Below, piece by piece: positions 54,343 through 63,966 of a DNA stretch of 64,000 nt (positions are counted from its first letter, which is position 1; each line of letters begins with the position of its first letter). The notes under the pieces are model-generated. The model saw nothing but the letters and a program-made list of their open reading frames with translations, was not told where the DNA came from and searched no databases. A program made the position numbers and the translations under genes. Source of the stretch: an uncultured Sphingomonas sp. GTDB taxonomy: Bacteria; Pseudomonadota; Alphaproteobacteria; Sphingomonadales; Sphingomonadaceae. The DNA lies in the NCBI GenBank assembly GCA_964430865.1, contig CAYSHL010000001.1, positions 3,946-67,945 on the forward strand, in the 5' to 3' direction.

Positions 54343-56274
54343 TCAAGCGACGGCAAGGCGGCGGCTTTCGCGGCGGTTCCAGGCGAAGCCGAGCAGCAGG
54401 ATGACGAGCGTCGCGGCCTGCGCGGCGAGGCCTTCGAGGGTCGGGTACAAGCCGAGGATTTCGATGCGCGGCGCGGCCGCGACCGGGGTCACTCCGAGCA
54501 GCCCCGCCTCCTGCAACGCCGCGACGCCCTTGCCGGCCAGGACCACCGCCAGCACCGCGATCAGCGCCGAGCTGTAGGCGAAGAATTTGGCGACCGGCAG
54601 CCGCGCACTGAAGCGGAACATGGCGATGGCGACGGCGGCGAGGATCACCAGCCCGGCGGTGCCGCCGGCGATCAGCGCGCCGACATTCCCCTCGGCCGAC
54701 ATGGCGGCGAAGAACAGGATCGTCTCGAACACCTCGCGGTAAACGGCGATGAAGGCGAGCAGGAACAGGAACCAGGCCGAGCGCTTCGACAGCGCCGCCC
54801 CGAGCTTGTCCTTGATGTAGCGCTGCCATTCGCCGGCCTGCGCCTTGCCGTGCATCCAGATGCCGACGAACAGCAGGATCGCCGCGGCGAGCAATGAGCC
54901 GAAGCCTTCGGTCAGCTCGCGGCTGGCGCCGCTGATCGTCAGCAGATGCGTCGCCGCCCACCAGGTGCCGAGACCGGCAACGAGCGCCGCGGCCCAGCCG
55001 TAGTGCACGGTGCGGACCATCTCCGGCCGCTCGGCCTTGCGCAGGAAAGTCAGCATGGCGACGATGATCAGCAGCGCCTCGAGGCCCTCGCGGACCAGGA
55101 TGGTCAGGGCTCCGACGAACGCGGAAGCGGCGCCGGCCTGGCTCGGGGCGAGCGCCCGATCGGCGTCGGCGAACAGAGCGTCGAGCGCTTCGACGCGGAC
55201 GCGGACCTCGTCCACCGGGCGGCCGCCGGCGATCGCCGCGCGAAGTTGCGCCATCGCCTGCTCGACGCGGGCCATCAGGGCGGAGTCGCGCGCGGCGAGT
55301 ATCGGCTCGATCGGCTCGAACCCGTCGAGATAGGCGGACAAGGCCAGTTCGCGGGCGCGGGCGCGGTCGCCGGATTCGTAGGCCGCGAGGCTTTGCTTGA
55401 GCCGCTCGCGAGCCAGCTGCAACGTGCTGCCGCCGGCTGGCGCGACGGCGGCGGCCGGGTTGGAGCGCAGGTACGCCATCACCGCGGCCGCCCGGGCGTC
55501 GCCGATGTCGCGGGCGAGCGCCGCCGGAGTCAGGCTGGCCAGCGCGGCGAGGTCGGGGATGCGCTGGCGGAGCGCCGGGTCGGACTCCCACAGCCGCTTG
55601 CCTTCGCCGGCGAGGCCGGACGGGTAGGCGAAGCGGGAAGAGTGGAAGGCGAGCGCCCATTTGTCCGCCTCGGGCAAGTGGCGGAAGCTGGACATCATCG
55701 TGCCTTCGAGGCCCTGGTCGATCACCTGGTAGAGAGCGAACGGGCTGCGCTCGCCGGCGCGGGCGCGATCGGTGAAGGCGATCGGCGGCGGGTCCATCGC
55801 CTTCGCGACCGGCACGTTGGCGTCACCCTTTGCTCCGTGACAGGACGCGCAATTCTGGGCGTAAAGCGCTGCCCCGCGGGCGAGGTCGGGCGCTTCCGAA
55901 GGCGCCAGCGGCACCGGGTAGGCGGCGAGCAGGGCCGAGGCGAGCGACCGCGCCTGACGGTCGATGGCCTCGGGCGGGGCCTTGCGCGCGATCGACCGCT
56001 GCAACTCGGCGGCGCCCAGCATCAGCCGCGCCTTGGCCGGCCTGGCCGGAAGCGCCTTTAGCCGTTCGCCGACCGAGCCCGAGAATTCGACCATCTCGTC
56101 ATACTCGAGCTGGTTGACGACGCGGCCGCCCTCGACCGCTTCGCGATAATCGACCGCGATGTAGTCGAGCAGCCGCCACGCGGTCTGGGCGTCCTGGGAC
56201 TGGGCGGCCGCCGGCGCCGGGAGCAGGAGCGCCCCAATGGCAAGCAGCAGCAACAAACGTTTGAGCACAGCCAT
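54343..56274 (-). CDS. Cytochrome c-FTR1 iron permease fusion (PbrT-like)
   Basis: CASCH heme motif, REGLE and REVFE motifs. Confidence 0.92.
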   Translation of the reverse strand: MAVLKRLLLLLAIGALLLPAPAAAQSQDAQTAWRLLDYIAVDYREAVEGGRVVNQLEYDEMVEFSGSVGERLKALPARPAKARLMLGAAELQRSIARKAPPEAIDRQARSLASALLAAYPVPLAPSEAPDLARGAALYAQNCASCHGAKGDANVPVAKAMDPPPIAFTDRARAGERSPFALYQVIDQGLEGTMMSSFRHLPEADKWALAFHSSRFAYPSGLAGEGKRLWESDPALRQRIPDLAALASLTPAALARDIGDARAAAVMAYLRSNPAAAVAPAGGSTLQLARERLKQSLAAYESGDRARARELALSAYLDGFEPIEPILAARDSALMARVEQAMAQLRAAIAGGRPVDEVRVRVEALDALFADADRALAPSQAGAASAFVGALTILVREGLEALLIIVAMLTFLRKAERPEMVRTVHYGWAAALVAGLGTWWAATHLLTISGASRELTEGFGSLLAAAILLFVGIWMHGKAQAGEWQRYIKDKLGAALSKRSAWFLFLLAFIAVYREVFETILFFAAMSAEGNVGALIAGGTAGLVILAAVAIAMFRFSARLPVAKFFAYSSALIAVLAVVLAGKGVAALQEAGLLGVTPVAAAPRIEILGLYPTLEGLAAQAATLVILLLGFAWNRRESRRLAVA

Positions 56275-56297
56275 GAGCGGCTGCGGCTAATCTAGTT

Positions 56298-56316
56298 GCA
56301 ACTGATTATCAATAAC
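56298..56316 (-). promoter_or_regulatory. Fur-like box
   Basis: Minus strand GTTATTGATAATCAGTTGC matches GATAATGATAATCATTATC at 14 of 19 positions; upstream of the iron permease. Confidence 0.65.
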
Positions 56317-56329
56317 GATTGACGCGCGC

Positions 56330-56989
56330 TCAGCGCGGTGGATAGCGCAACCGGCCGAGGAACCTCGAGACGCTCAATTGCCGGTCCGAGCCGCGCCATT
56401 GCGCCTTCCATTTCTCGATCTGCATGACGTCGTCGATTCGCCGGTCGAGGAAGCCGGCGGTCTCGGTCCATCCCTCGCTATTGTCGTCGAGCCAGGCCAA
56501 CAGCGTCGACGCGTAGACGCCGCCGAGCATCATCCGCTTGGTATAATGGTTGAAGTCGGTGCTGGTGTCGCCGGCGATGCGCCACATCAAATCGGCGGTT
56601 CGCCAGCCGATGCGCAGTCCGAGCGGCAGATTCTGCGGCATGGCGAGGATGGCGACCCCGCTGCGCACCGCCTCGCGCGCCGGGGCCATGATCTCGAGCC
56701 GCTTCCAGACCAAAGAGCGGATCTTCTCGCGGACCTTCATCGCGGCCAGCCGCTCGGGCGTGAAATGCTCCTCGAGCGCGCGGTCGACCGCCTGGATGTA
56801 GACGTCGACCATGCCCGCCTGGGTCTTGGGCATCGCCAGCCGCGCCTGGTCGCGGTCGATGCCCTGGCTGTCGGCGGCGGTGTCGACCGCGGCTCGGGTC
56901 CAGCCGTCGAACACCGCATTCTCGCCGACCGCGAGCGCGAGCCGGCGGCGCAGCTGCTCGAGCGGAGTCGGATCGTCGGTCGAATCCAT
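56330..56989 (-). CDS. COQ9 family protein
   Basis: FDGWT, D..W..AGDTSTDFNHYTKR, FLDRRIDDVM. Confidence 0.9.
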   Translation of the reverse strand: MDSTDDPTPLEQLRRRLALAVGENAVFDGWTRAAVDTAADSQGIDRDQARLAMPKTQAGMVDVYIQAVDRALEEHFTPERLAAMKVREKIRSLVWKRLEIMAPAREAVRSGVAILAMPQNLPLGLRIGWRTADLMWRIAGDTSTDFNHYTKRMMLGGVYASTLLAWLDDNSEGWTETAGFLDRRIDDVMQIEKWKAQWRGSDRQLSVSRFLGRLRYPPR

Positions 56990-56995
56990 GGCCGG

Positions 56996-57895
56996 CTAGG
57001 TGGGCCGCCGATCCGGCTCGCGCAAGCCCCGCTCGGGGAGCCGCACCAGCACCAGCGCAACCGCGATCGCCCCCGCTCCGAGCCAGTCGAGCGGCGACAG
57101 GGTCTCGCGATAGGCGACCCAGCCGATGAACGCCGAGATCGCCGGCTGGGTGAGCAAGGCGAGGCCGACGACCAGCGGCGGTAGCGCGCCGATCGCATAG
57201 ACCAGCAGCCCCTGCCCCAGCACCTGGCTGCCGAGCGCCAGCAGCAGCACTGGAGTCCAGTCGGCGGGCATCACCTGCTCGCCCAGGGCCAGCGACAGCG
57301 GCAGCAGCATGACCGCTCCGAACGCGCTCGCCAGGAACAGCAAGGGCAGCGCGTCGAGCTGGCCGCGCGCGCGTTCGACCGAGATCAGATAGCCGGTGTA
57401 GAGCAGGCCGGCGGCGAGCGCCCACAAGTCGCCGCGCAGGTGGCGCGCGGACAGCTCGGCACTGCCGCCCATCAGCAGCGCGGCCCCGAGCGCGGCGAGG
57501 ACCAAAGCGGTCGCCTGGATCGGCGACGGCAGCCGGCGCGCCAGCCACAGCCCCCAGGCGGCGAAGGCGAAGCTCGAGATGTTGCCGAACAGCGTCGCGT
57601 TGCCGAGCTTGGTCATGTGGATGCCGGTGTGCCAGGCGGCGAGGTCGGCGGCGAAGAAGAAGGCGGCGAGCAGCGTCAGAGTAACCAGGGCGCGCTTCGG
57701 CCAATGGACCGGCGGGCCGATCACCCGCGCCATCAAGAACAGGAACGGCAGCGCCAGCGCCAGGCGCCAGAACCCCGCGGCGACGGGCCCGACCTCGGCC
57801 AGGCGCACCAGCCACGGCCCGAACGCCAGCGAGCAGCTGCCGATCAGCAGCGCGGCGAACGCGAACGGCTGGGGTTTGGAGTGAGTTGTTTCCAC
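56996..57895 (-). CDS. DMT/EamA family transporter
   Basis: About 10 TM segments, GFWRL, GQGL; GTG start inferred. Confidence 0.88.
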   Translation of the reverse strand: METTHSKPQPFAFAALLIGSCSLAFGPWLVRLAEVGPVAAGFWRLALALPFLFLMARVIGPPVHWPKRALVTLTLLAAFFFAADLAAWHTGIHMTKLGNATLFGNISSFAFAAWGLWLARRLPSPIQATALVLAALGAALLMGGSAELSARHLRGDLWALAAGLLYTGYLISVERARGQLDALPLLFLASAFGAVMLLPLSLALGEQVMPADWTPVLLLALGSQVLGQGLLVYAIGALPPLVVGLALLTQPAISAFIGWVAYRETLSPLDWLGAGAIAVALVLVRLPERGLREPDRRPT

Positions 57896-57900
57896 TATTC

Positions 57901-57985
57901 CGTCATGCTGAACTCGGTTCAGCATCCATGCTGGGGCGCCGCTGCCCTTCCCGAAAATGGACCCTGAAACAAGTTCAGGGTGACG
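57901..57985. repeat. Family C palindromic repeat (CGTC...GACG ends)
   Basis: cgtcatgctgaac-tcg-gttcagcatcca...tggaccctgaaacaagttcagggtgacg. Confidence 0.82.
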
Positions 57986-57987
57986 GC

Positions 57988-58410
57988 TTATGAGGACAAT
58001 CGCCGCTTCAGTTCCAGCAACGCCAGCGCCGCGCGCGCCGCGCCGCCGCCCTTGTCGCCCTGCTTGGGATCGGCGCGGACGATCGCCTGGGCTTCGTCCT
58101 CGACGGTCAGGATGCCGTTGCCGACCGCGAGCCCGTCGAGGGTCAGCGCCATGATCCCGCGCGCGCTTTCGCCGGCGACGATCTCGAAATGAAAGGTCTC
58201 GCCGCGGATCACGACGCCCAGCGCCACATAAGCGTCGAACCGACCGCTCTCGGCCGCCAGCGCGATCGCCGCCGGAAGCTCGAGCGCGCCCGGGACGGTG
58301 ACGGTCTCGTGGTCGTGGCCCGCCGCTTCGATCGCGGCGCGGGCGCCAGCGAGCAGCATATCGTTGAGGTGCGGATAGAAGCGCGCCTCGGCGATCAGGA
58401 CACGCGCCAT
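57988..58410 (-). CDS. ribH: Lumazine synthase
   Basis: [29 protein letters not shown]. Confidence 0.95.
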   Translation of the reverse strand: MARVLIAEARFYPHLNDMLLAGARAAIEAAGHDHETVTVPGALELPAAIALAAESGRFDAYVALGVVIRGETFHFEIVAGESARGIMALTLDGLAVGNGILTVEDEAQAIVRADPKQGDKGGGAARAALALLELKRRLSS

Positions 58411-58414
58411 GTTC

Positions 58415-59725
58415 TCAGGCGTCTTCGTCAGGTTCGGGCGGCTTGATCGGGCGTTCTTCGACGATCGCCAGGCCGTAGCCGGACAAAGCGACCGGCGACT
58501 GATGAGTGTTGGTCAGCAGCACCATCTCGTGAATGCCGAGCGCGGCGAGGATCTGGGCGCCAATACCGTAATTGCGAAGCGCGTCGCCGCCCGCTTCGCT
58601 GCTTGCCGGCGGTTTGCCGGAGCGCAGGTCGGTGGCCCGCGACAGCGAGCCGGGCGACGCGGCATGAAGCGCGACGACGACTCCCGCGCCCTCGGCCTCG
58701 ATCATTGCCATCGCTCCGGGCAGCAGGCCCGAGCGCTCGCTGGCCTCGCCGAGCACGTCGGCGAACAGATCGAGGCTGTGCATCCGCACCAGCACCGGCT
58801 TGTCGGGGTCGATGGCGCCGTGGACCATCGCCAGCTGCTCGGCCCCGTTGGCCTTGTCGCGGAAAATCTGCGCCTGCCACTCGGCGCCGCTGCGCGAGGT
58901 GAAGCCGGTCGCCGCGACCGGCTCGACCATATGATCCTTCTTCAGGCGGTAGGCGATGAGGTCGCGGATCGTGCCGATTTTCAAGCCGTGAGCGGCGGCG
59001 AACTGCATCAGATCGTCGAGGCGGGCCATGCCACCGTCCTCGCGCATGATCTCGCAGATCACTCCCGAGGGGTTGAGGCCGGCCAGTCGGGCGACGTCGA
59101 CCGCCGCCTCGGTATGGCCGGCGCGAACCAGCACTCCGCCCGGCTGGGCGACCAGCGGGAAGACGTGGCCGGGCGAGACCAAAGCGTCGGGGCCGTGGCT
59201 GGCGTCGATCGCCACCGCGACGGTGCGGGCGCGGTCGGCGGCGCTGATCCCGGTGGAAATGCCTTCACGCGCCTCGATCGAGACGGTGAAGGCGGTGTTG
59301 TTGCGGCTTCGGTTGTTGCTTGCCATCGGCTGCAGGCCGAGCGCCTCGACGCGCTCCGCGGTCAAGGCGAGGCAGATCAGGCCGCGGCCGTGGCGGGCCA
59401 TGAAGTTGATCGCGTCCGGGGTCGCCATCTGCGCAGGAATCACCAGGTCGCCCTCATTCTCGCGGTCGTCGTCGTCGACCAGGATGAACATCCGGCCGTT
59501 GCGCGCTTCGTCGATGATCGTCTCGGCGCCGACCAGCACATTGGTGTTGCCGCGTTTGAGGAGCTTTTCGAGCCGCCCCAGCGTGTCGGCGGTCGGGTTC
59601 CAGTCGGGCGAGCCCAGCTTGCGCAGCGAATTGGGGTGGAGTCCGGCGGCCCGTGCGAGGCCGGCGCGGCTGACTTCGCCGGTCGCGATGACCGCGCTCA
59701 GCTGCTCGATCAAGGTGGTGCTCAT
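58415..59725 (-). CDS. ribB: DHBP synthase with an N-terminal HTH and a C-terminal degenerate RibA-like domain
   Basis: [39 protein letters not shown]-terminal [23 protein letters not shown]-terminal [14 protein letters not shown] has no cysteines. Confidence 0.93.
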   Translation of the reverse strand: MSTTLIEQLSAVIATGEVSRAGLARAAGLHPNSLRKLGSPDWNPTADTLGRLEKLLKRGNTNVLVGAETIIDEARNGRMFILVDDDDRENEGDLVIPAQMATPDAINFMARHGRGLICLALTAERVEALGLQPMASNNRSRNNTAFTVSIEAREGISTGISAADRARTVAVAIDASHGPDALVSPGHVFPLVAQPGGVLVRAGHTEAAVDVARLAGLNPSGVICEIMREDGGMARLDDLMQFAAAHGLKIGTIRDLIAYRLKKDHMVEPVAATGFTSRSGAEWQAQIFRDKANGAEQLAMVHGAIDPDKPVLVRMHSLDLFADVLGEASERSGLLPGAMAMIEAEGAGVVVALHAASPGSLSRATDLRSGKPPASSEAGGDALRNYGIGAQILAALGIHEMVLLTNTHQSPVALSGYGLAIVEERPIKPPEPDEDA

Positions 59726-59737
59726 TTTTGTCAAAAT

Positions 59738-59755
59738 ATCACATTACAATGTGAT
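59738..59755. promoter_or_regulatory. Perfect palindrome ATCACATT-ac-AATGTGAT in the ribB promoter spacer
   Basis: Minus strand TTGCCA-16 nt-TATTTT-7 nt-ATG, with the palindrome between the -35 and -10. Confidence 0.8.
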
Positions 59756-59768
59756 GGCAAGGAAAAGT

Positions 59769-60386
59769 TTATGCCGTGGAATGTGCGCGGCCGGCAATCA
59801 TCCGCTCAAGGTAGCGGGCGATGACGTCGATCTCGACATTCAACTGTCGCCCCGCGGCAACATTGTCGAACGTCGTGATCCGGGCGGTGTGGGGAATGAT
59901 GTTGACCGAGAAATGGGTCGATCCATCCTCGGCCTCGCGGACGTCGTTGACGGTCAGCGACACTCCATCGAGCGCGATCGAGCCTTTGGGGGCGATATAT
60001 TGCGCCAGGCCGTCGGGCGCTCGCACTCCAATCCGCGACGAGCCACCCTCGGGGCAGATTCCGATCACCTCGGCAACGCCGTCGACATGGCCGGCGACGA
60101 TGTGGCCGCCGAGCTCGTCACCGACGCGCAGCGAGCGCTCGAGGTTGAGGCGGCTGCCCTCGCTCCACAGGCCGGCGGCGGTGCGCGAGCGGGTTTCGCC
60201 CGACACGTCGACCGCGAACCAGTCGTCGCCCTTGTCGACGATCGTCAGGCAAACCCCCGAGCAGGCGATCGACGCGCCGAGGTCGACGGTGGCCATGTCG
60301 TAGCCGCAGGCGATCGTCACACGCAGGTCGCCGCGCTGCTCGGCGGTTCGGACGGTGCCGATGTCGGTAGTGATGCCGGTGAACAT
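59769..60386 (-). CDS. ribE: Riboflavin synthase (alpha)
   Basis: MFTGI, GASIACSGVCLT, NLER, GGHIV.GHVD, IIPHT. Confidence 0.95.
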   Translation of the reverse strand: MFTGITTDIGTVRTAEQRGDLRVTIACGYDMATVDLGASIACSGVCLTIVDKGDDWFAVDVSGETRSRTAAGLWSEGSRLNLERSLRVGDELGGHIVAGHVDGVAEVIGICPEGGSSRIGVRAPDGLAQYIAPKGSIALDGVSLTVNDVREAEDGSTHFSVNIIPHTARITTFDNVAAGRQLNVEIDVIARYLERMIAGRAHSTA

Positions 60387-60395
60387 GGCCGCGCC

Positions 60396-61382
60396 TTACG
60401 AGTCCCGCACCCGCTCGTAAACTTCGAGCCGGTCGACTCCGAGGGCTCGGCCGTCGCCGGCCCGCCAGCGGCCGTGCGCGCTCGCGATCCCGTCGAGCCC
60501 GACATAGCCGAACGACGACTTGCCCTCGCCGACGATGATCGGCGCCCGGTAGATCAGGATCCGGTCGACGAGATCCTCGGCGAGGAACGCCGTCGCGGTC
60601 GCCGAACCGCCTTCGACCAGCAGGTCGTTGACGTCATGAAGTCGATGGACATCGCCCGGAGAACGCAGGATTTCCCAGCCGTCGACAGCTTCTCCGCGAG
60701 TCAGCAAGGCTCGCCTCGGGGAGCGGTCCTCGAGGCCCGGCAGCCGCACGTCGAGGCGCGGCGTGTCGGCCATGTAGGTGCCGCGGCCGACCAGGATCAT
60801 GTCGGCATGCGCGCGCTCGAGATGGACGTGGGCGCGCGCGTCCTCGCCGGTGATCCATTTGCTCTCGCCCGACGGCATCGCGATCTTGCCGTCGATCGAC
60901 AGCGCCAGCTTCAGAGTCACCCGCGGCCGCCCGAGGCGCAGCCGGGTCAGATAGCCGGCGAGCGACGCCTCTGCCGCCTTGCGCCCTACGCCGAGCTTCA
61001 CCTCGATGCCCGCATCGCGCAGCCGCTTGATGCCCTTGCCGGCCGTGCGCGGGTCGGGGTCCCTGAGCGCGATCGTCACCCGGGCGGGTTTCGCAGCGAC
61101 GAGCAGGTCGACACAGGCCGGGCCGCGCGGGCTGTCGTGAGCGCAGGGTTCGAGGGTCACATAGACATCCGCACCCGCCGCTTGGCGCCCCGCCTGACCG
61201 AGCGCGACGGCCTCGGCATGCGGCCGCCCGCCCGGCTGCGTCGCTCCGCCGCCGACGATTTCACCGCTCGTGACGATTAAGCAGCCGACGTTGGGGTTGG
61301 GCGCCGTCCGCCCGCGCATCGCGTCGCCGAGCGCCACCGCTTCGGCCATGAAGCGCGCCCCATTACCCCGCGCCTTGCTCAC
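60396..61382 (-). CDS. ribD: Riboflavin deaminase/reductase
   Basis: PNPNVGC, PHAE, TLEPCAH...C, KLALSIDG, SKWIT, VEGG. Confidence 0.95.
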   Translation of the reverse strand: MSKARGNGARFMAEAVALGDAMRGRTAPNPNVGCLIVTSGEIVGGGATQPGGRPHAEAVALGQAGRQAAGADVYVTLEPCAHDSPRGPACVDLLVAAKPARVTIALRDPDPRTAGKGIKRLRDAGIEVKLGVGRKAAEASLAGYLTRLRLGRPRVTLKLALSIDGKIAMPSGESKWITGEDARAHVHLERAHADMILVGRGTYMADTPRLDVRLPGLEDRSPRRALLTRGEAVDGWEILRSPGDVHRLHDVNDLLVEGGSATATAFLAEDLVDRILIYRAPIIVGEGKSSFGYVGLDGIASAHGRWRAGDGRALGVDRLEVYERVRDS

Positions 61383-61699
61383 ATCCCGAGCTGTTTCTCG
61401 AGCTTCTGGAACTGCCTCTGGCGCTCCTTCGCCGCCGCCTCTTTCTCGGCCTGGTGCTTCTTCTGCGCGGCGATGATCTCGGCATCGGTGCGGCTCGCCT
61501 TCCACTGCTCGACGTAGATGATCTGGGCCGGCGGCGCGGTGTTGATCTGCGAATCGACGAAGAATTCGATGACGATGATGATCGTCACCAGCACGGCGAG
61601 GGCAGCGCCGATCCAATGCTCGCGCTCGCGGTGGCGGATGAACGCCCGCAAGTCGGCGAACGCGGCGCGCGGGCTGACCGGACTGGGGAACCAGGACAT
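61379..61699 (-). CDS. Small single-TM protein coupled to ribD
   Basis: MSWFPSPVSPRAAFADL, one TM, W...RTDAEI, coiled tail; stop overlaps the ribD GTG. Confidence 0.8.
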   Translation of the reverse strand: MSWFPSPVSPRAAFADLRAFIRHREREHWIGAALAVLVTIIIVIEFFVDSQINTAPPAQIIYVEQWKASRTDAEIIAAQKKHQAEKEAAAKERQRQFQKLEKQLGM

Positions 61700-61744
61700 T
61701 GGTCGAAGATAGGACTGGCGGCCGGGGACCGCTAGTCCGTCATG

Positions 61745-61849
61745 CCCCTCCCCTTGATGGCGAGGGGTTGGGGTGGGGTGGAGTTTCCGGAAAAGCCTGG
61801 GCGGCTTCACCCTCACCCCCACCCTGCCATCCCCCATCGAGGGGGAGGG
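61745..61849. repeat. Family A palindromic repeat (intergenic)
   Basis: cccctccccttgatggcgagggg ... tcccccatcgagggggaggg; collinear with the 22212 copy. Confidence 0.88.
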
Positions 61850-61853
61850 TTTC

Positions 61854-62504
61854 TCAATCGAGCTCGAAGCGCAGCGTGATCACCGTCGCCGAGGCGATCG
61901 TTCGGCCGTCCTCGGTCGCCGGTTTGTAGCGCCAGTGGGCGAGGAGATGGCGGCGGGCGGCGGTCAGGAACGCGGGATCGGCGCGCCCGACCGGCTCGAC
62001 CGCGACCACCCGGCCGCGCGGATCGATCGACAGCCTGAGCCTCAGCACCGCTTCCTCGTCGCTGGCGATCTTCGACGCCGGATAGGGCGGGCGAACGGCG
62101 TGGGGTGGAGTCGCGAAGCGCGGGCCGACGCGCACCGGAGCCGGCGCGGGGGCGATGCGCGGCTCCGGATTGGGCGTCGGACGAATGTCCGGGAGGCTCG
62201 GAATCGGGACAGGCGTCGGGTCGAGCTGGTCGATCGGCGGCTGCGGTACCGGCACGATCGCCTGGGTGCGGGTCACCGTTGATTCCGACGGCTTCGGCTT
62301 GGGCGGCTGCCGGTCCGGCGGCGGCGGTGGCGGCAGTGGGACGAACTTGATCTCGGTCGCATCGCGGATGCGGTCGGGCAGGTCCATTCTCGCGCTCATC
62401 ACCACGGCGATCAGGGCGACGTGGCCGACGATGACGGCGAGCATCAGATGCGGTGCCGCACGGCGCTGGGCGATGGTTCGCCGGTGAGCTGCGTAAGCCA
62501 GCAT
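61854..62504 (-). CDS. Energy transducer TonB family protein
   Basis: TM helix with His, Pro-rich linker, PPYP...V.LRL.ID..G.V ... WRYKPA TonB_C domain. Confidence 0.88.
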   Translation of the reverse strand: MLAYAAHRRTIAQRRAAPHLMLAVIVGHVALIAVVMSARMDLPDRIRDATEIKFVPLPPPPPPDRQPPKPKPSESTVTRTQAIVPVPQPPIDQLDPTPVPIPSLPDIRPTPNPEPRIAPAPAPVRVGPRFATPPHAVRPPYPASKIASDEEAVLRLRLSIDPRGRVVAVEPVGRADPAFLTAARRHLLAHWRYKPATEDGRTIASATVITLRFELD

Positions 62505-62573
62505 GTCGATCTCCTCCAACGCGAGTCGATAACCGGATGTTACATCATATCATGCAACGTCGCAAAGGGTTTT

Positions 62574-62642
62574 CGTCGCCCCAGCGAAAGCTGGGGTCCC
62601 GGGTCAGTTCTCGCTGAGGTGCCCGCTTGCGCTGGCATGACG
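62574..62642. repeat. Family D palindromic repeat (CGTC...GACG ends)
   Basis: cgtcgccccagcgaaagctgggg...cccgcttgcgctggcatgacg. Confidence 0.78.
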
Positions 62643-62646
62643 GGGT

Positions 62647-63966
62647 TTAGCCGTTGGCGGCCGCGGCGAGCCGGGCGATCGCGCGCTCCTTGCCGATGCG
62701 CTTGAGCAGGCCGGCCATCTCCGGCCCGCTGTCGCGGCCGGTCAGGGCGAGGCGCAGCGGGTGGAACAGCGCCTTGCCCTTGAGCCCGGTGCTGGCCTTG
62801 AGCGCCTCGGCGAGCGCGGGCCACGGGTCGGCGGCCCAATCGAGGTCCGCGGCTGTCTCGGCAGCCTTGGCGGCGAGGGCGCGCTCGTTGTCGCCGAGAG
62901 CGGGTGGAGCGATATCGCCGGCGATCACCTGGTGCCATTCGGAAAAGTCCGAAATTCGCTCAAGGTTGCCGCGCAGCAGCTGCCAGTCCTCTTCGCTAGC
63001 GCCGTCCGGGAGCCGGCCGGCGACATCGGCGAATTCGAGCCGGTGGAGTAGCCGGGCGTTGAGCAGCTCGACGTCGTGCAGGTCGAAATGCGCCGGGGCT
63101 CGGCCGAAGTGGCCGAAATCGAAATCCGCGGCGAGCTCGTCGAGGCCGGCGAGCGCCTCGACCGGCCGCGAGGTTCCGAGCCGCGCGAGCAGCGACAGCA
63201 AGGCCATCGGCTCGAGGCCCGCGCCGCGGATCTCCTCGACCCCGATCGAGCCGAGCCGCTTGGACAGCTTGCCTTCGGCGGCAACCAGCAGCGCCTCGTG
63301 CGCGAGCTCGGGCGGCTTGGCTCCAAGCGCGGCGAACATCTGCAGCTGCGCGGCGCTGTTCGACACATGGTCCTCGCCGCGAACGACGTGGGTGATGCCG
63401 AGGTCGATATCGTCGATGACGGAAGGGAGCAAATACAGCCAGCTGCCGTCCTCGCGGCGGACCACCGGATCGGACAGCAGCTTCGGATCGAACCGCTGCG
63501 GCCCGCGGACCAGGTCGGTCCACTCGATCGGCGCGTCATGGTCGAGCCGGAAGCGCCAGTGCGGCGGCCGCCCGTCCGGCGCCAGCGCGTCGGCGGGCTT
63601 GCGCTCGTAGACTGGCGGCAACCCGCGGCCGAGCAGCACCTTGCGGCGAAGCTCGAGCTCCTCGGGCGTTTCGTAGCAGGCATAGACCCGGCCGGCGTCG
63701 CGCAGCCGCCCGAACTCGCGTTCGTACAGGTCGAACCGCTCCGACTGGCGCACGACCTGGTCCGGAGACAGCCCGAGCCAGTCGAGGTCGTCGCGGATGG
63801 CCCGGTCGAACTCCGCGGTCGAGCGCTCGCGGTCGGTGTCGTCGATCCTCAGCACGAACGTCCCGCCGTGCCGCCGCGCGAACAGCGCATTGTGCAGCGC
63901 GGTGCGGATATTGCCGACGTGCAGCCGCCCGGTCGGCGACGGCGCGAAGCGGGTGACGACGGTCAT
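62647..63966 (-). CDS. gltX: Glutamate--tRNA ligase
   Basis: RFAPSPTG.LHVGN, LRIDDTD, THVVRGEDH, KLSKR. Confidence 0.95.
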   Translation of the reverse strand: MTVVTRFAPSPTGRLHVGNIRTALHNALFARRHGGTFVLRIDDTDRERSTAEFDRAIRDDLDWLGLSPDQVVRQSERFDLYEREFGRLRDAGRVYACYETPEELELRRKVLLGRGLPPVYERKPADALAPDGRPPHWRFRLDHDAPIEWTDLVRGPQRFDPKLLSDPVVRREDGSWLYLLPSVIDDIDLGITHVVRGEDHVSNSAAQLQMFAALGAKPPELAHEALLVAAEGKLSKRLGSIGVEEIRGAGLEPMALLSLLARLGTSRPVEALAGLDELAADFDFGHFGRAPAHFDLHDVELLNARLLHRLEFADVAGRLPDGASEEDWQLLRGNLERISDFSEWHQVIAGDIAPPALGDNERALAAKAAETAADLDWAADPWPALAEALKASTGLKGKALFHPLRLALTGRDSGPEMAGLLKRIGKERAIARLAAAANG

